This document shows, in pieces, positions 10,816 through 20,264 of a DNA stretch of 64,000 bases (the first letter of the stretch is position 1; each line of letters starts with the position of its first letter). Location of the stretch: IMG/VR virus record IMGVR_UViG_3300010352_001575, positions 30,206-94,205 of that record; one strand, 5' to 3'. The DNA is from a virus. Under the pieces are notes generated by a model. It made no database searches and had not been told where the DNA came from. It worked only from the letters and a program-made list of their open reading frames with translations. The position numbers and the translations under genes are program-made.

Positions 10816-11745
10816 TTATATGTATTTGCTGATCGCTACGACTTTGCTAAGCCGGAGTGCCGGCCTGTGCTGCGTCAAGAACTTCAGGATGCTAACTATG
10901 TCCTTCTCCATAAACCAATACAGCCCGCCACACTCTCTAGTTCCATCCGGCGCATAGTAGTGCGCCCCGGCTCTTACTGTTTCTGGCATTGCCTCTAAGA
11001 CCTGCTGCATCAACGCCTTGCCGCCGTAGAAGTGCAGGTCCTTAGCTATCTGTGTTGGGTACTTCTTTTTAGCAACACCACCGCGCATCTCCCAATAGCC
11101 TAGCAGGAACGAACACACATACTCGTCTGGCACGGCAGGGAACTTAGACTTATCGTTCCCGATGCGTCCAGCAACGAATCCGCGGCCTAGCAACAGCTGA
11201 GCAAACGCCTTTCCATTTACGACCTTTCGGATAGCGGCCTTGCCATTAACGGTATAAGCATGGCAAGGGCTATCGCATATCTCTGAGGTGATGAGATCCA
11301 ACACCGCCCTAGAGTCTGGATTGCGCTGGAAGTCGACGCTGACTTTAGCAACATGGGCAACTGCGTAGAACACTCCGTATAGGTACGCCTTGGTATGGCT
11401 ATCAATTACCTTGAAGTAATTGAAGTCTGTGCTATACTTGTACTTGGAGTAGTTTTTGCCTATCATTTTCCTAATGACAGAGCCCTTCAGATGATACTTC
11501 CTAGACAAGGCTATCAGACCCATATCATTAACCATATAGTCCTTTACGACTAGCGGCTTTATGAGATTGTGCCTAGCTTCCGTGACCAGGCCAGTCTGAC
11601 CTCCTCGTTCCAGTATCTGCCGCATTCGTTCCCGGCAAACTCCGTACTGCTTTCCTAGATCTTCCAGCGTGTACTTGCCCGACTTGCGCATCGCTACCAG
11701 CTTGTTGATCTCCGACTTTGTCCAGCGTGTTTGTGTGCCTGGCAT
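10816..11745 (-). CDS. HTH plus degenerate LAGLIDADG-like protein
   Basis: N-terminal HTH (TLEDLGKQYGVCRERMRQIL); YF..ID...KAYLYG and FLLGYWEMRG align with LAGLIDADG helices but lack the usual acidic catalytic pattern. Confidence 0.6.
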   Translation of the reverse strand: MPGTQTRWTKSEINKLVAMRKSGKYTLEDLGKQYGVCRERMRQILERGGQTGLVTEARHNLIKPLVVKDYMVNDMGLIALSRKYHLKGSVIRKMIGKNYSKYKYSTDFNYFKVIDSHTKAYLYGVFYAVAHVAKVSVDFQRNPDSRAVLDLITSEICDSPCHAYTVNGKAAIRKVVNGKAFAQLLLGRGFVAGRIGNDKSKFPAVPDEYVCSFLLGYWEMRGGVAKKKYPTQIAKDLHFYGGKALMQQVLEAMPETVRAGAHYYAPDGTRECGGLYWFMEKDIVSILKFLTQHRPALRLSKVVAISKYI

Positions 11746-11753
11746 TATACCCC

Positions 11754-12224
11754 CTAGTTGTCAAAGAAGAACACTATTCTGATATCTTTTGTGTTATATT
11801 CTTTTAGCTTCTTGCGCAGGTTAAGCATAGCCTTTTGGAACTCAGGGCTAACAGATAGCTTGGCGTAGGTCTTGGGCTTTAATAGCTCAAACAAGGTATA
11901 CCACGACGGGGTATGTGCGTTTACGCCCCAGTCTGCCAGGACCTTCTTGTACCCCTCGCTAGCATCCGTCGGCACACCTCTCGGCTCAGCTATTGGCGTG
12001 GCTTCTCCTCTAACTCCGGCCAGGATCCCGAATAATCCATAGTTCCTGCCAGAGTAGCATCTGTCTGTTAGCACGCAGTGGATATCTCCGTCTCCGTGGT
12101 CGATCACTATATCGTCCTTCTCGACATACGGATACTTGAACATATAGCCAAGCTTGTACCACTTCTTTGGTTCGTCTCCGAAGGCTTTATGTATTTCCGC
12201 GTAGCAATGTATATCGCAACCCAT
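11754..12224 (-). CDS. Conserved phage hypothetical protein
   Basis: MGCDIH...RNY.LF.ILAGVR...PRG.P.D.S...H..SW.T..EL...R.VFFFDN. Confidence 0.75.
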   Translation of the reverse strand: MGCDIHCYAEIHKAFGDEPKKWYKLGYMFKYPYVEKDDIVIDHGDGDIHCVLTDRCYSGRNYGLFGILAGVRGEATPIAEPRGVPTDASEGYKKVLADWGVNAHTPSWYTLFELLKPKTYAKLSVSPEFQKAMLNLRKKLKEYNTKDIRIVFFFDN

Positions 12225-12361
12225 TATATTTCTACCTCCTGTTTGTTATCGTCCTGCCAGGCTAAGAACCCCTTCCTGCCACAGCAGGGGCAGAACTCGT
12301 CTCCTACGCCAACCGTCCCAGTCCAAGAACACCAGCAGCACTTAACCAAGTCGGCTATCAT
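12224..12361 (-). CDS. 45-aa Zn-ribbon microprotein, absent from the ORF track
   Basis: Hand translation MIADLVKCCWCSW...FCPCCG; fills the gap with ATGA and TAATG overlaps. Confidence 0.55.
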   Translation of the reverse strand: MIADLVKCCWCSWTGTVGVGDEFCPCCGRKGFLAWQDDNKQEVEI

Positions 12362-13152
12362 CGCAGCACCGGAAGTATAGGAGTCTTGTCATCATTCGTG
12401 AACATAGCGCCAGCGCCGTTGCCTTCGTCGTCTTGGGAAGGATAGATAATATTCCCATCGTCCAGCTGGAGAACAACTGCTTTTCGATCCCAGCCAAACG
12501 CCTCGCACTCTTTGTCAGTCATATACCTAGCCTTGGTTATCTTCCTACCAACCAACAGCTTGCTAGCTACTGCCGTCCAGTGCTTGGTTGTATCTTCTAT
12601 TGGTTTCATTTTTTCTCCTTGTTAGGGTTGAACCCTAAGATCTTAGTAATTATGGCCTGCTCCTTCTTGTTCAGCCTACGGTTGCGCGGTACTGAGTTCT
12701 CCGACCGGCAAGACCAGGCGTCTATACGCATCCGGTGATGGCTAGCCTGGCTTAGTCCGTTGAAAATTTTGCCAAGCTTTTCCAGGTCCGGCGATTTAGC
12801 TATCGTCATAGTTCCTAGTGTCTTACCTTGGTCTATGAAGATCTCATACCACCTGCTTATGCCTTGCTCTATCATAGATACCTCACCCGCGTGTAGTCGG
12901 TGTTTTCGAACGCATCCTTACCTGTCTTACCGGAGTGCATACCCACCGTGGTGCCTAACATACTCTTTTCCATATCATCCTCGTACAAGTATCTGAACCC
13001 GCGGTAGTTGCGCGTCTTTAACAGAATAACTTCTACGAAATGCAACAAGGCATCTCTACCTTTTTGGTTATCGTCTAAGGTATTTAACAAAACCTCGTTA
13101 AGCATTTCCTTCAACTCCTGTACTTGTATCGTTTTCTTTGGCTTTGCCATTA
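12358..13152 (-). CDS. Three small hypothetical genes (12358-12609, 12606-12875, 12872-13150)
   Basis: Translationally coupled ORFs with RBSs. Confidence 0.6.
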
Positions 13153-13368
13153 TGCCTCCTTTGTCCTAAAGTCCCTTACCTTTCCGCTATGCCCGCAAGT
13201 ATGACACTCACAGTAAGAGTCGTCGTCCCACTCGAAGTCGTATTCTTCCTCAGTACCCTCATCATACACGGTGCTCATACATCCTGTTGCTATCTCAAAC
13301 GGCTCCAAGGACTTACACTTAGGGCATTGCATTCCCATCAGGCAATTTTCATTTTTTGTTTTTGCCAT
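13150..13368 (-). CDS. Acidic Zn-ribbon microprotein
   Basis: CPKC...CECHTC. Confidence 0.65.
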   Translation of the reverse strand: MAKTKNENCLMGMQCPKCKSLEPFEIATGCMSTVYDEGTEEEYDFEWDDDSYCECHTCGHSGKVRDFRTKEA

Positions 13369-14279
13369 TCTCTATCTCCCATTTCTTGGTTTGCAAAGCT
13401 GACCTCACCCCGTCCAGTTCACGAATGGCCATCTCACAGCGGCCCATCAGTTCCTCCAACTGCCCCTCGGCGGTGCCATCCCCAGCAGCGTCGGGGCCAC
13501 CATCGTGTACGAGCTCGTAGTACAGAAACACGGCTAGAGTATCGCCTATGTTAAGCACCGTGCTACTATCCTCCGAGCTATTTTTATCGTAGTAGTCTGC
13601 CTTAGCCGCATCTGCTACCTTCCCATCTGGGTACGCGTCGTTAACGATTTTCAGCAACTGCTTTCTGGAAAGCGGCTTGTGCATTGTCTCCTCCTGGTAT
13701 TGGGGTAGCTACTATCTCACCTGCTTTGTTCTTCTTCCGAATAACCCAAGCGCCTAGGTCTACTTCTAGCTCTCTGCCTTTGTCGTCCACTAGATGGTAT
13801 GTTCCGTTCTCTGCTTCCTGAACCAGAGCCATAGCCATATTCATAGCCGCCTGCACCGGGTCGTTCTCCCACATATTCGCGTAGTAGGCAGACACATATG
13901 TCTTTGGTTCAACGAATACGGTTTTTGATATTTTTACGCTTGGCATTTTTCCTCCCTGTTTGTATTATGCTAAGGCTCCTGTACCCGTCCGCGGCTATCA
14001 ACCTCTTGGCTGCATCTATAGCCTGGGTCTGGCCTTTGGCATAGACATATACATTAGCAGATACTAAATACCTATTGCAAGTCTTGTCAGCGTCGTTGCA
14101 GCCGATGGGGCATTCGTCGCAGTTGTCGGACAAGTCCCTGATATCTTCGTCGAAGCAAGTATTGCACGGAGCTATGTCTTTTTCACAGTTAGGACATTTC
14201 TGCATCTGCATACAGTTATCCAGCTCTACCTCAGTATTGCAGTAGGGACACCATTCTAGTATTGTTTTATCGTCGTATT

Positions 14280-14567
14280 TCATCTCTTCCTCGGTTTGCC
14301 GACCTTTGCCGATACCTTTGGGTAGGTTAGCGTCAGGTAAGCGTAGACCTCGTCAATAAGCTCAGACAAGTTTCCAGACATATCCGCTTTTTCATATGCA
14401 TCGACACTTAGTTTATCCTTGAGGTAACCATCACTGAGCTCGTCTACTAGGTCGTTGTAGTGATCATCTACCTTGATCTGAAACATATCTATAAACATCT
14501 CTGTCATTTCAGGAGCAATATGCTCGGCTATCTTCTTTGCCATCTTCACTCTCTGTTCGTCGGTCAT
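14280..14567 (-). CDS. Acidic helical protein, tandem family member
   Basis: MTDEQR...YPKV; similar to 14806-15093. Confidence 0.65.
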   Translation of the reverse strand: MTDEQRVKMAKKIAEHIAPEMTEMFIDMFQIKVDDHYNDLVDELSDGYLKDKLSVDAYEKADMSGNLSELIDEVYAYLTLTYPKVSAKVGKPRKR

Positions 14568-14809
14568 TTTACCTCCACCTTTCTAGGGCTTATCTTTATG
14601 CGTTTCATAACCAATGCTAACATTTTTGCATAGTCCTTTTTAGACACGCCCGCGTAGGCTAGTACATCCGAAAGGCTCTCGTCCACCACGCTAAGCCAAG
14701 TACCTTGGCCTATGTCCATCTGCAAGTCTTCGCTATACTGCCTGTTTATATCCGCCACGACTTCGTCTATGGAATAATCCACTAAGCCAACTATCTCTGC
14801 TTTGGTCAT
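14564..14809 (-). CDS. Acidic helical protein
   Basis: Coupled ORF within the acidic array. Confidence 0.6.
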   Translation of the reverse strand: MTKAEIVGLVDYSIDEVVADINRQYSEDLQMDIGQGTWLSVVDESLSDVLAYAGVSKKDYAKMLALVMKRIKISPRKVEVK

Positions 14810-15093
14810 TGGGCTACCTTCACGCTCGGATAATTAATCTCCAGGCCCTGTTGGACCATATCCATAATATCCTCCATGTTCTCGTCCGCGTCCTCTTCCT
14901 TCATCAGCGCTGCATAGGTCGCATCGTCTAGCTGATCCTTGCATACAAACTTAACTGTCTCCTCTACGGTGTCGCTATACCCATCGCTCCAGCAGTACAC
15001 ACGAGAGAAGTGGTCAGACATATCGTCATCAAGACGCTCGGCTACTGATGCTATAATTTCTCTCACCACGGTCTTCCTTTGTTCTTCGGTCAT
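14806..15093 (-). CDS. Acidic helical protein, tandem family member
   Basis: MTEEQR...YPSV. Confidence 0.65.
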   Translation of the reverse strand: MTEEQRKTVVREIIASVAERLDDDMSDHFSRVYCWSDGYSDTVEETVKFVCKDQLDDATYAALMKEEDADENMEDIMDMVQQGLEINYPSVKVAQ

Positions 15094-15094
15094 G

Positions 15095-15310
15095 TTATCT
15101 CGCCCCTGGTTTGCTAAAGTTCAACCTGCCAACGATCTCGTCAACCACGTCCACCTCTTCTGATAACTTATCAAACTCCTCATCGGAGACACTTGAAGTT
15201 TCTCTAGCAGCATCTAAGGCATTGTCGACCAGATCGTATATCTGGCTGTCCAGCAAGTCCAATACTTCGTTGGTTAGCTTCGTGACCATCTTTGTTTGTT
15301 TCTTGGTCAT
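15095..15310 (-). CDS. Acidic helical protein
   Basis: D/E-rich 71-aa ORF. Confidence 0.6.
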   Translation of the reverse strand: MTKKQTKMVTKLTNEVLDLLDSQIYDLVDNALDAARETSSVSDEEFDKLSEEVDVVDEIVGRLNFSKPGAR

Positions 15311-16074
15311 TTAGTCTTCTCCTTCTTTGGTTTGTTCTCTTCAGTCTTCCCGCTCTGCCCCTTTTCCCACTCGTCATAGGTAAGCGGGGTAGAGGTGCTG
15401 CCGCACTGCGGGCACTTTCCGTCCTGGTGGAACTTGCCGCCCTCGTAGCCGCAGTCCTTGCAGGCATAGGCGCCGGTGTACTCTCCTGATGTGTCCTCTA
15501 TTACAGCCCCGTCCTGGCACACGAGCTTGCCATAGAAGTCCGACTCTTCTTCGTACACTAGCTCGAACCTGAGCGCTGGGAAGATCTCAGCCATACGCTT
15601 AACTACTGGGATGGGCGGAGACCAAGCTGTGTTGAAGTGGTATGTCGCGCTGCCTTTCACTATCTCCGGCTCGTTGATATCGTAAGCATTCCATTTCGTT
15701 CCCCAGTGAGCGACATTCCACTCGTACCAGCTGCAATGCCCGTACTTGTTAAGGTTCAGGATGGCTTGCACGAAGTTCTTCACGGTCTTCGCATCTGCCT
15801 TCTTGATAGAGTCAACTATTTGTTCTATCGGCGTCTTTCCGGAGAACGGGTTAGACAAGTAGTTGACCATACCATCACTGGTGATATCTAGCTCTTTCGG
15901 CATAGGGATAAACTTGTTGAACGAGATATGCCTATGAGCGGAATATTTCTCCATCTTCCCAGTTGCAAAGTCCTCTTTCTCTCCGGACTCTGTCTCCGCG
16001 GCCATCTTGATGAACCGCTTTAACACCTTGTCGTCCCCAGAAACATTAAGGGAATTGAATACGTGATTAGGCAT
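15307..16074 (-). CDS. DUF1281/YubB ferredoxin-like-domain protein with C-terminal Zn ribbon
   Basis: MPNHVFN...FNKFIPMP...WYEWNVAHWGTKWNA...FNTAWSPP...FP.L.F...YEE. Confidence 0.8.
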   Translation of the reverse strand: MPNHVFNSLNVSGDDKVLKRFIKMAAETESGEKEDFATGKMEKYSAHRHISFNKFIPMPKELDITSDGMVNYLSNPFSGKTPIEQIVDSIKKADAKTVKNFVQAILNLNKYGHCSWYEWNVAHWGTKWNAYDINEPEIVKGSATYHFNTAWSPPIPVVKRMAEIFPALRFELVYEEESDFYGKLVCQDGAVIEDTSGEYTGAYACKDCGYEGGKFHQDGKCPQCGSTSTPLTYDEWEKGQSGKTEENKPKKEKTK

Positions 16075-16663
16075 CGTCTTCCTCCTCTGATTTTTTATTC
16101 ATATCCTTTACTATCGCGGAAACACTCTTGGCTGACCTGACTTGTTCGAAGGTATACGCCTTGACTAAGCGAACACCATAGTACGCCTCCTTCGGATCTT
16201 CAGTGAAACTAGCGTAGCGTCCAGCCGCGTTCTTGTCCTTGTTGAACCCTACATAGAACTCTAGCGTCTTGTCATCTAGGTTTATGATATAGGCATATTC
16301 GCTGAACAAGCTATCGAACATACTCCTACGCCCGTTAATCATATGTGCTAGCTTATCGTCCGTCACATACGCGTCTATGTTTCCCTGGGCCTCCCGTAGC
16401 AGCGAGTACCATTCCGACTTCTTACCAGTGCTTACCCCACCGCAATGGTATTTGGTATACTGCGCTTGCAGTTCTTCAGACGGCTTCTCGTCCGGGTCAA
16501 CTAGCGTTATCTTCTTGTGTGCAGCGATCAGCTGCTCATCGCTATACTTCCGCACTGCCTCTAGTACCGTTAAACCCAGGTAGTCCGGGTATGAGTCGCT
16601 GTGATTGTACATCACCTTATCCTGCCCGTTGTGCCTGAAGCCAACAACTCCGCGAGTGCTCAT
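16067..16663 (-). CDS. Conserved phage hypothetical protein
   Basis: MSTRG...YNHSDSYP..LG...EYAYIINLD...LE.Y. Confidence 0.75.
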   Translation of the reverse strand: MSTRGVVGFRHNGQDKVMYNHSDSYPDYLGLTVLEAVRKYSDEQLIAAHKKITLVDPDEKPSEELQAQYTKYHCGGVSTGKKSEWYSLLREAQGNIDAYVTDDKLAHMINGRRSMFDSLFSEYAYIINLDDKTLEFYVGFNKDKNAAGRYASFTEDPKEAYYGVRLVKAYTFEQVRSAKSVSAIVKDMNKKSEEEDDA

Positions 16664-16903
16664 CTTATTTCTCCTCTCTCATTAGTCTTCGTATGGTTGC
16701 CGCGTCTTCCGGGCATACCGGTAGCGTGAACCTGATGTCCTGATTTTCGTTTACATAGTAGCTAGACCCACCGTTGCCGGCGCACAGTATCGTGTCAGCG
16801 AAGAGGGCCATTGCCTCGGCGTCATCCTCTCTGTAGATAGCAGTACGCAATACTCCGGCTAGCTCACCCCAGGTTAGCTCCATCGTGGTTAACTTAGGCT
16901 TGC

Positions 16904-17125
16904 TCATACGCCCCTCCCTACCATAGTTGTCCCACACCATACTTTGTGAATGATATACGCCTCATCGAGCTCAGCTCCGCAATCAAGACACTTCGTGTGA
17001 ACACCTATCTCCGTAGCGCTATTGAAGTCTGGCGGGTCGCTCTCCAGGTTATCTGACCCGCACAGCGCGCACTTGACTGGGTACTCCAGGTACTTCTCGA
17101 GTTGTTTTATTGTTGGTGTTTTCAT
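16904..17125 (-). CDS. Zn-ribbon microprotein
   Basis: CALCGSDNL...CLDCG. Confidence 0.65.
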   Translation of the reverse strand: MKTPTIKQLEKYLEYPVKCALCGSDNLESDPPDFNSATEIGVHTKCLDCGAELDEAYIIHKVWCGTTMVGRGV

Positions 17126-17480
17126 TTCACCTCCACCGCGCTGATAGCGCTAGTATCGTCTTCTATGTAGTCAGTACCGGTCAGGGTCTTCTCAGTACCG
17201 TAGACTGCCTCATCGCGCGCCGTCTGCTCATCAGCCGCGTCAACAAGGTAGGTAAGTATCCTGGGTTGGTACACCCGAATTTTATACTTTGGCATTATTG
17301 ACCTCCTCGATACTAACAAATTCGCAAGAACCTTTAATATAATCCCTGCGTATCTCTACTCCGTCAGCATAATCAACTGCCAGAACCTTGGCGGACATTT
17401 CGTCTTTAGCCTCGACCTCGTACTCAACTGATTCAGTTTCGTTAACCACCACTCGGTATTTCTTATTTCTTTTTGCCATT
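17122..17480 (-). CDS. Two tandem small DpnD/PcfM-like proteins
   Basis: KYKIRV...VDAADEQTA and KYRVVV.E...VEAKDEMSA patterns. Confidence 0.45.
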
Positions 17481-18202
17481 TCTATATTTCTCCATAGTTT
17501 CCAGCCGGCCCCCGCACAACGGGCAGGTACTCGGCTGAGGGTCTTGTGGCGTTTCGAAGTCATCGTCCTGGTAGTCGAGCATATATTCTTTGCTATCCTC
17601 AGCAGAGAAGACATGACCACAGTTCGGGTCCATACAATGTGCACCGGCTACAAACAGCCCCATCGGTATCTGATCTCGTCCCATTAGTCCACCTCCGGTT
17701 TGTCAGTCACATCTTCTACGCTATTGTCGTCTAGGTCCACTTCAAACACGCCCTTCTTGTGGTGCAGTACGTGATAGAACTCCCCAAACTCAGGGTTTCG
17801 CATTATGTTCTGTGCTGCCTTGGCTGCCTCTAGCGGCGTCTTGCCAGGTACGTCAATCACATAAACGACAGTCCAATCGTATTTGCCACACTCGACTGGG
17901 TGTATGGTCTTAGATATCTCTCGCTTAACCTTTGTCATTAGCTATACCTCCTCTAGATAGGCTGTGTCCATAGCATCTCCAGTCCTGGCTATGGCGTACA
18001 ATTTTCCGCACTTAGTACAGCAGACCCCTGGCTCGCTATTCGTATCCCAGCCCTCAGTCTGTCCGGCCGCGTCGTTATAGCACATCTGGCCATCGCGGTT
18101 GAAGTAAACAGGAACATCATACACTCGCAATGTGATATGAGTCTTGAACTGATTGCACCCGCAATCGCATACCCGTTTGTACTTAGTCTGCGTCTTTGCC
18201 AT
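17463..18202 (-). CDS. Three small hypothetical genes, two of them Zn ribbons
   Basis: ORFs 17463-17684, 17684-17938, 17942-18202. Confidence 0.55.
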
Positions 18203-18345
18203 ATCTCTCCTCGTACTTGGTCATTAAGATTCCCATACGTTCGGATACGACTTCACAAACGCTATCTAGTATCGAATCATCCAATCCATCTAAGATGCAC
18301 AGAATGTCTTGTTGTATCTGTTCGCGTTGCTGGATTATGTCTTTC

Positions 18346-18789
18346 CTATTCATAAGTCACCTTGGCCTGCTTTTCCAGCATCTTGCCCTTCTCGAAACAC
18401 CAGCGCCACATTGCGTCGTCTTCTCCGCGAAGGTCTATGTAGCTACCGTCCTGAACAACCGGCGCCATAGCAAGCCATAACATCTCTTCCTGGCCCAGCT
18501 TTTCGCTTAAGCAACCGTTGAGCACAAACGCTTTTGCTTTAGTCTTTGGGTCTATGACTTGTTTGCACTCATAGCCCCACGCTCCAAACATTTCCTCCAC
18601 GGTAGCTTTTTTAGAGAAACCGTTGGCAACCCAAGCCCACCACCGGCCCGTTTGTTTGCCGCCCTGCCAGGATCCGCCACTCCCTTCTTTCTTCCCTCTG
18701 CGGTCCAGCGTTCTCATAATGCTACGAACCTTCGCTTCTTTAGACGCCAGTATGACTACATGCACATCTTGATCACAATGATAACCCAT
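18346..18789 (-). CDS. Conserved phage hypothetical protein
   Basis: MGY...EKLGQE...AP.V..GSYI..RGED...WRW.F. Confidence 0.65.
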   Translation of the reverse strand: MGYHCDQDVHVVILASKEAKVRSIMRTLDRRGKKEGSGGSWQGGKQTGRWWAWVANGFSKKATVEEMFGAWGYECKQVIDPKTKAKAFVLNGCLSEKLGQEEMLWLAMAPVVQDGSYIDLRGEDDAMWRWCFEKGKMLEKQAKVTYE

Positions 18790-19121
18790 GTTATATCCTC
18801 CCCTTGCCTTCTGCCCACTCTAGGCAGTTTAGTACCTTGATGCAGGCGCAATTAGCTATATCGCAATGCCAGTCCTCTCTTAAGAACGGACAATGTGTAC
18901 AACGCTTCATCATTCTATTTCGTAACTTCTTGTCCTCGCTGTCTTGTTTGACTTCCTCGACTGTCCAGGTCTCTGGGTCTAGCGTGTGGCTATACTCGAA
19001 AGTACCCTCTATCAAATCACCCCCGCCATCCGCTACAAATTTCTTAGCCTCTTTCGGACTCGACGCGATGATTCTATAGCCTTGGCAGTGGACCTCCCGG
19101 ACCGTGACAATGTATTCCCGC

Positions 19122-19528
19122 TCAGTTTTCTTCGACTGTTTCATATACCTCCATTTCGTCGAACTCGTACTTGTTATATTCTCCGCCCTTGCAGCAACAC
19201 GCGCTGCAAGTAAACGGCCGGCAGAAATACTTCTGTCCATTGTTGACAAAGTACTCCGTTTCGTCGTATATCAGGTTCAGGCTACCACAGTTAGGACAAA
19301 CGCCTGGTGTTCCGCCCTTGCTCATATTGTCATCCCCGCTTCGTCCGTCATTTCTATAAAGTTCAGGCTGTACCATTCTTGGCCAGAAAACTTACATTTT
19401 TCGTTAGCACATTGGAATGGGTAGTAAACCTGCGTTCCTTCTAGCTCTATAGAGTCATACTTTAGGTCTTCACAACCGCACTTCGGACAAGTTCCTGGTT
19501 GTCTTGGTATTGCTTTATTTTTGGTCAT
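19122..19528 (-). CDS. Two tandem paralogous Zn-ribbon microproteins
   Basis: PG.CP.CG...L.YD...PF.C...G.E...F.EM in both. Confidence 0.65.
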
Positions 19529-19535
19529 ATGTCTC

Positions 19536-20039
19536 CTAGCTGTGGTAGTCTACGATGCCTCCAATGTACACCTTGTCACCCTTGAAGCGCAGCACGTTGT
19601 CCAGCAAGCCCAGGTAGCCCCCGACGTGGTAGCTACTCCTATCGGCTTTGTGCTGTATGTAGAAGTGGAAGCCAGATTTGCTGTCCAGCTGGTCCGATAT
19701 CTCCCATATCTTCTGGTCTAGCGCGCCATAGTTGCCATCGGCCAGAGATTTGTTAAGCTCGGCCAGCATCGGCATAGCTCCCTCTATGTCGCGCTTAACT
19801 ACCGACTTGAGCGCTTTGACCAACTCATCGGTCTTGAAGAACCCGCGGCCCGATCCTTTGTAATGCTTTACCTTTAGTTGTTCGCACAACCACTTAATGT
19901 CTTCCGGTACATCAACCTCAGCGGAGAAATAGTCCGCCCAATACGGCACACCATCATAATCACTCACTAATGTGTCCTAATCAATCCTTTCTATTGCTGG
20001 AACCGGCGTCTCCGACAACTCGAATATTCTGCTATGCAT
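19536..20039 (-). pseudogene. Gene interrupted by a single in-frame TAG at 19977-19979
   Basis: AAGGAG RBS, ATG 20039, MHSRIFELSETPVPAIERID*DTLVSDYDG..., in frame with ORF 19536-19967. Confidence 0.7.
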
Positions 20040-20048
20040 ATATCTCCT

Positions 20049-20264
20049 TTAGACTATTCCCCTACCGCCGCAGGTCCTGCAAGTTTCTGGGCTGGTATTC
20101 TTTTCTGACCTTGACTTCTTTCCCTCGATGTCATAGAACCCGTGCGGGACCAATCCCTTGCCGCCGCAGATGGGGCACTTGACTGGAATTGTTGTCGATG
20201 TCACCCACATTGGCTTGGACATACCCTCTAACATCTTAATCCAGTGCTTTTCGTAATCAGTCAT
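20049..20264 (-). CDS. DnaJ-type zinc-finger microprotein
   Basis: CPICGGKG...CRTCGGRG. Confidence 0.6.
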   Translation of the reverse strand: MTDYEKHWIKMLEGMSKPMWVTSTTIPVKCPICGGKGLVPHGFYDIEGKKSRSEKNTSPETCRTCGGRGIV

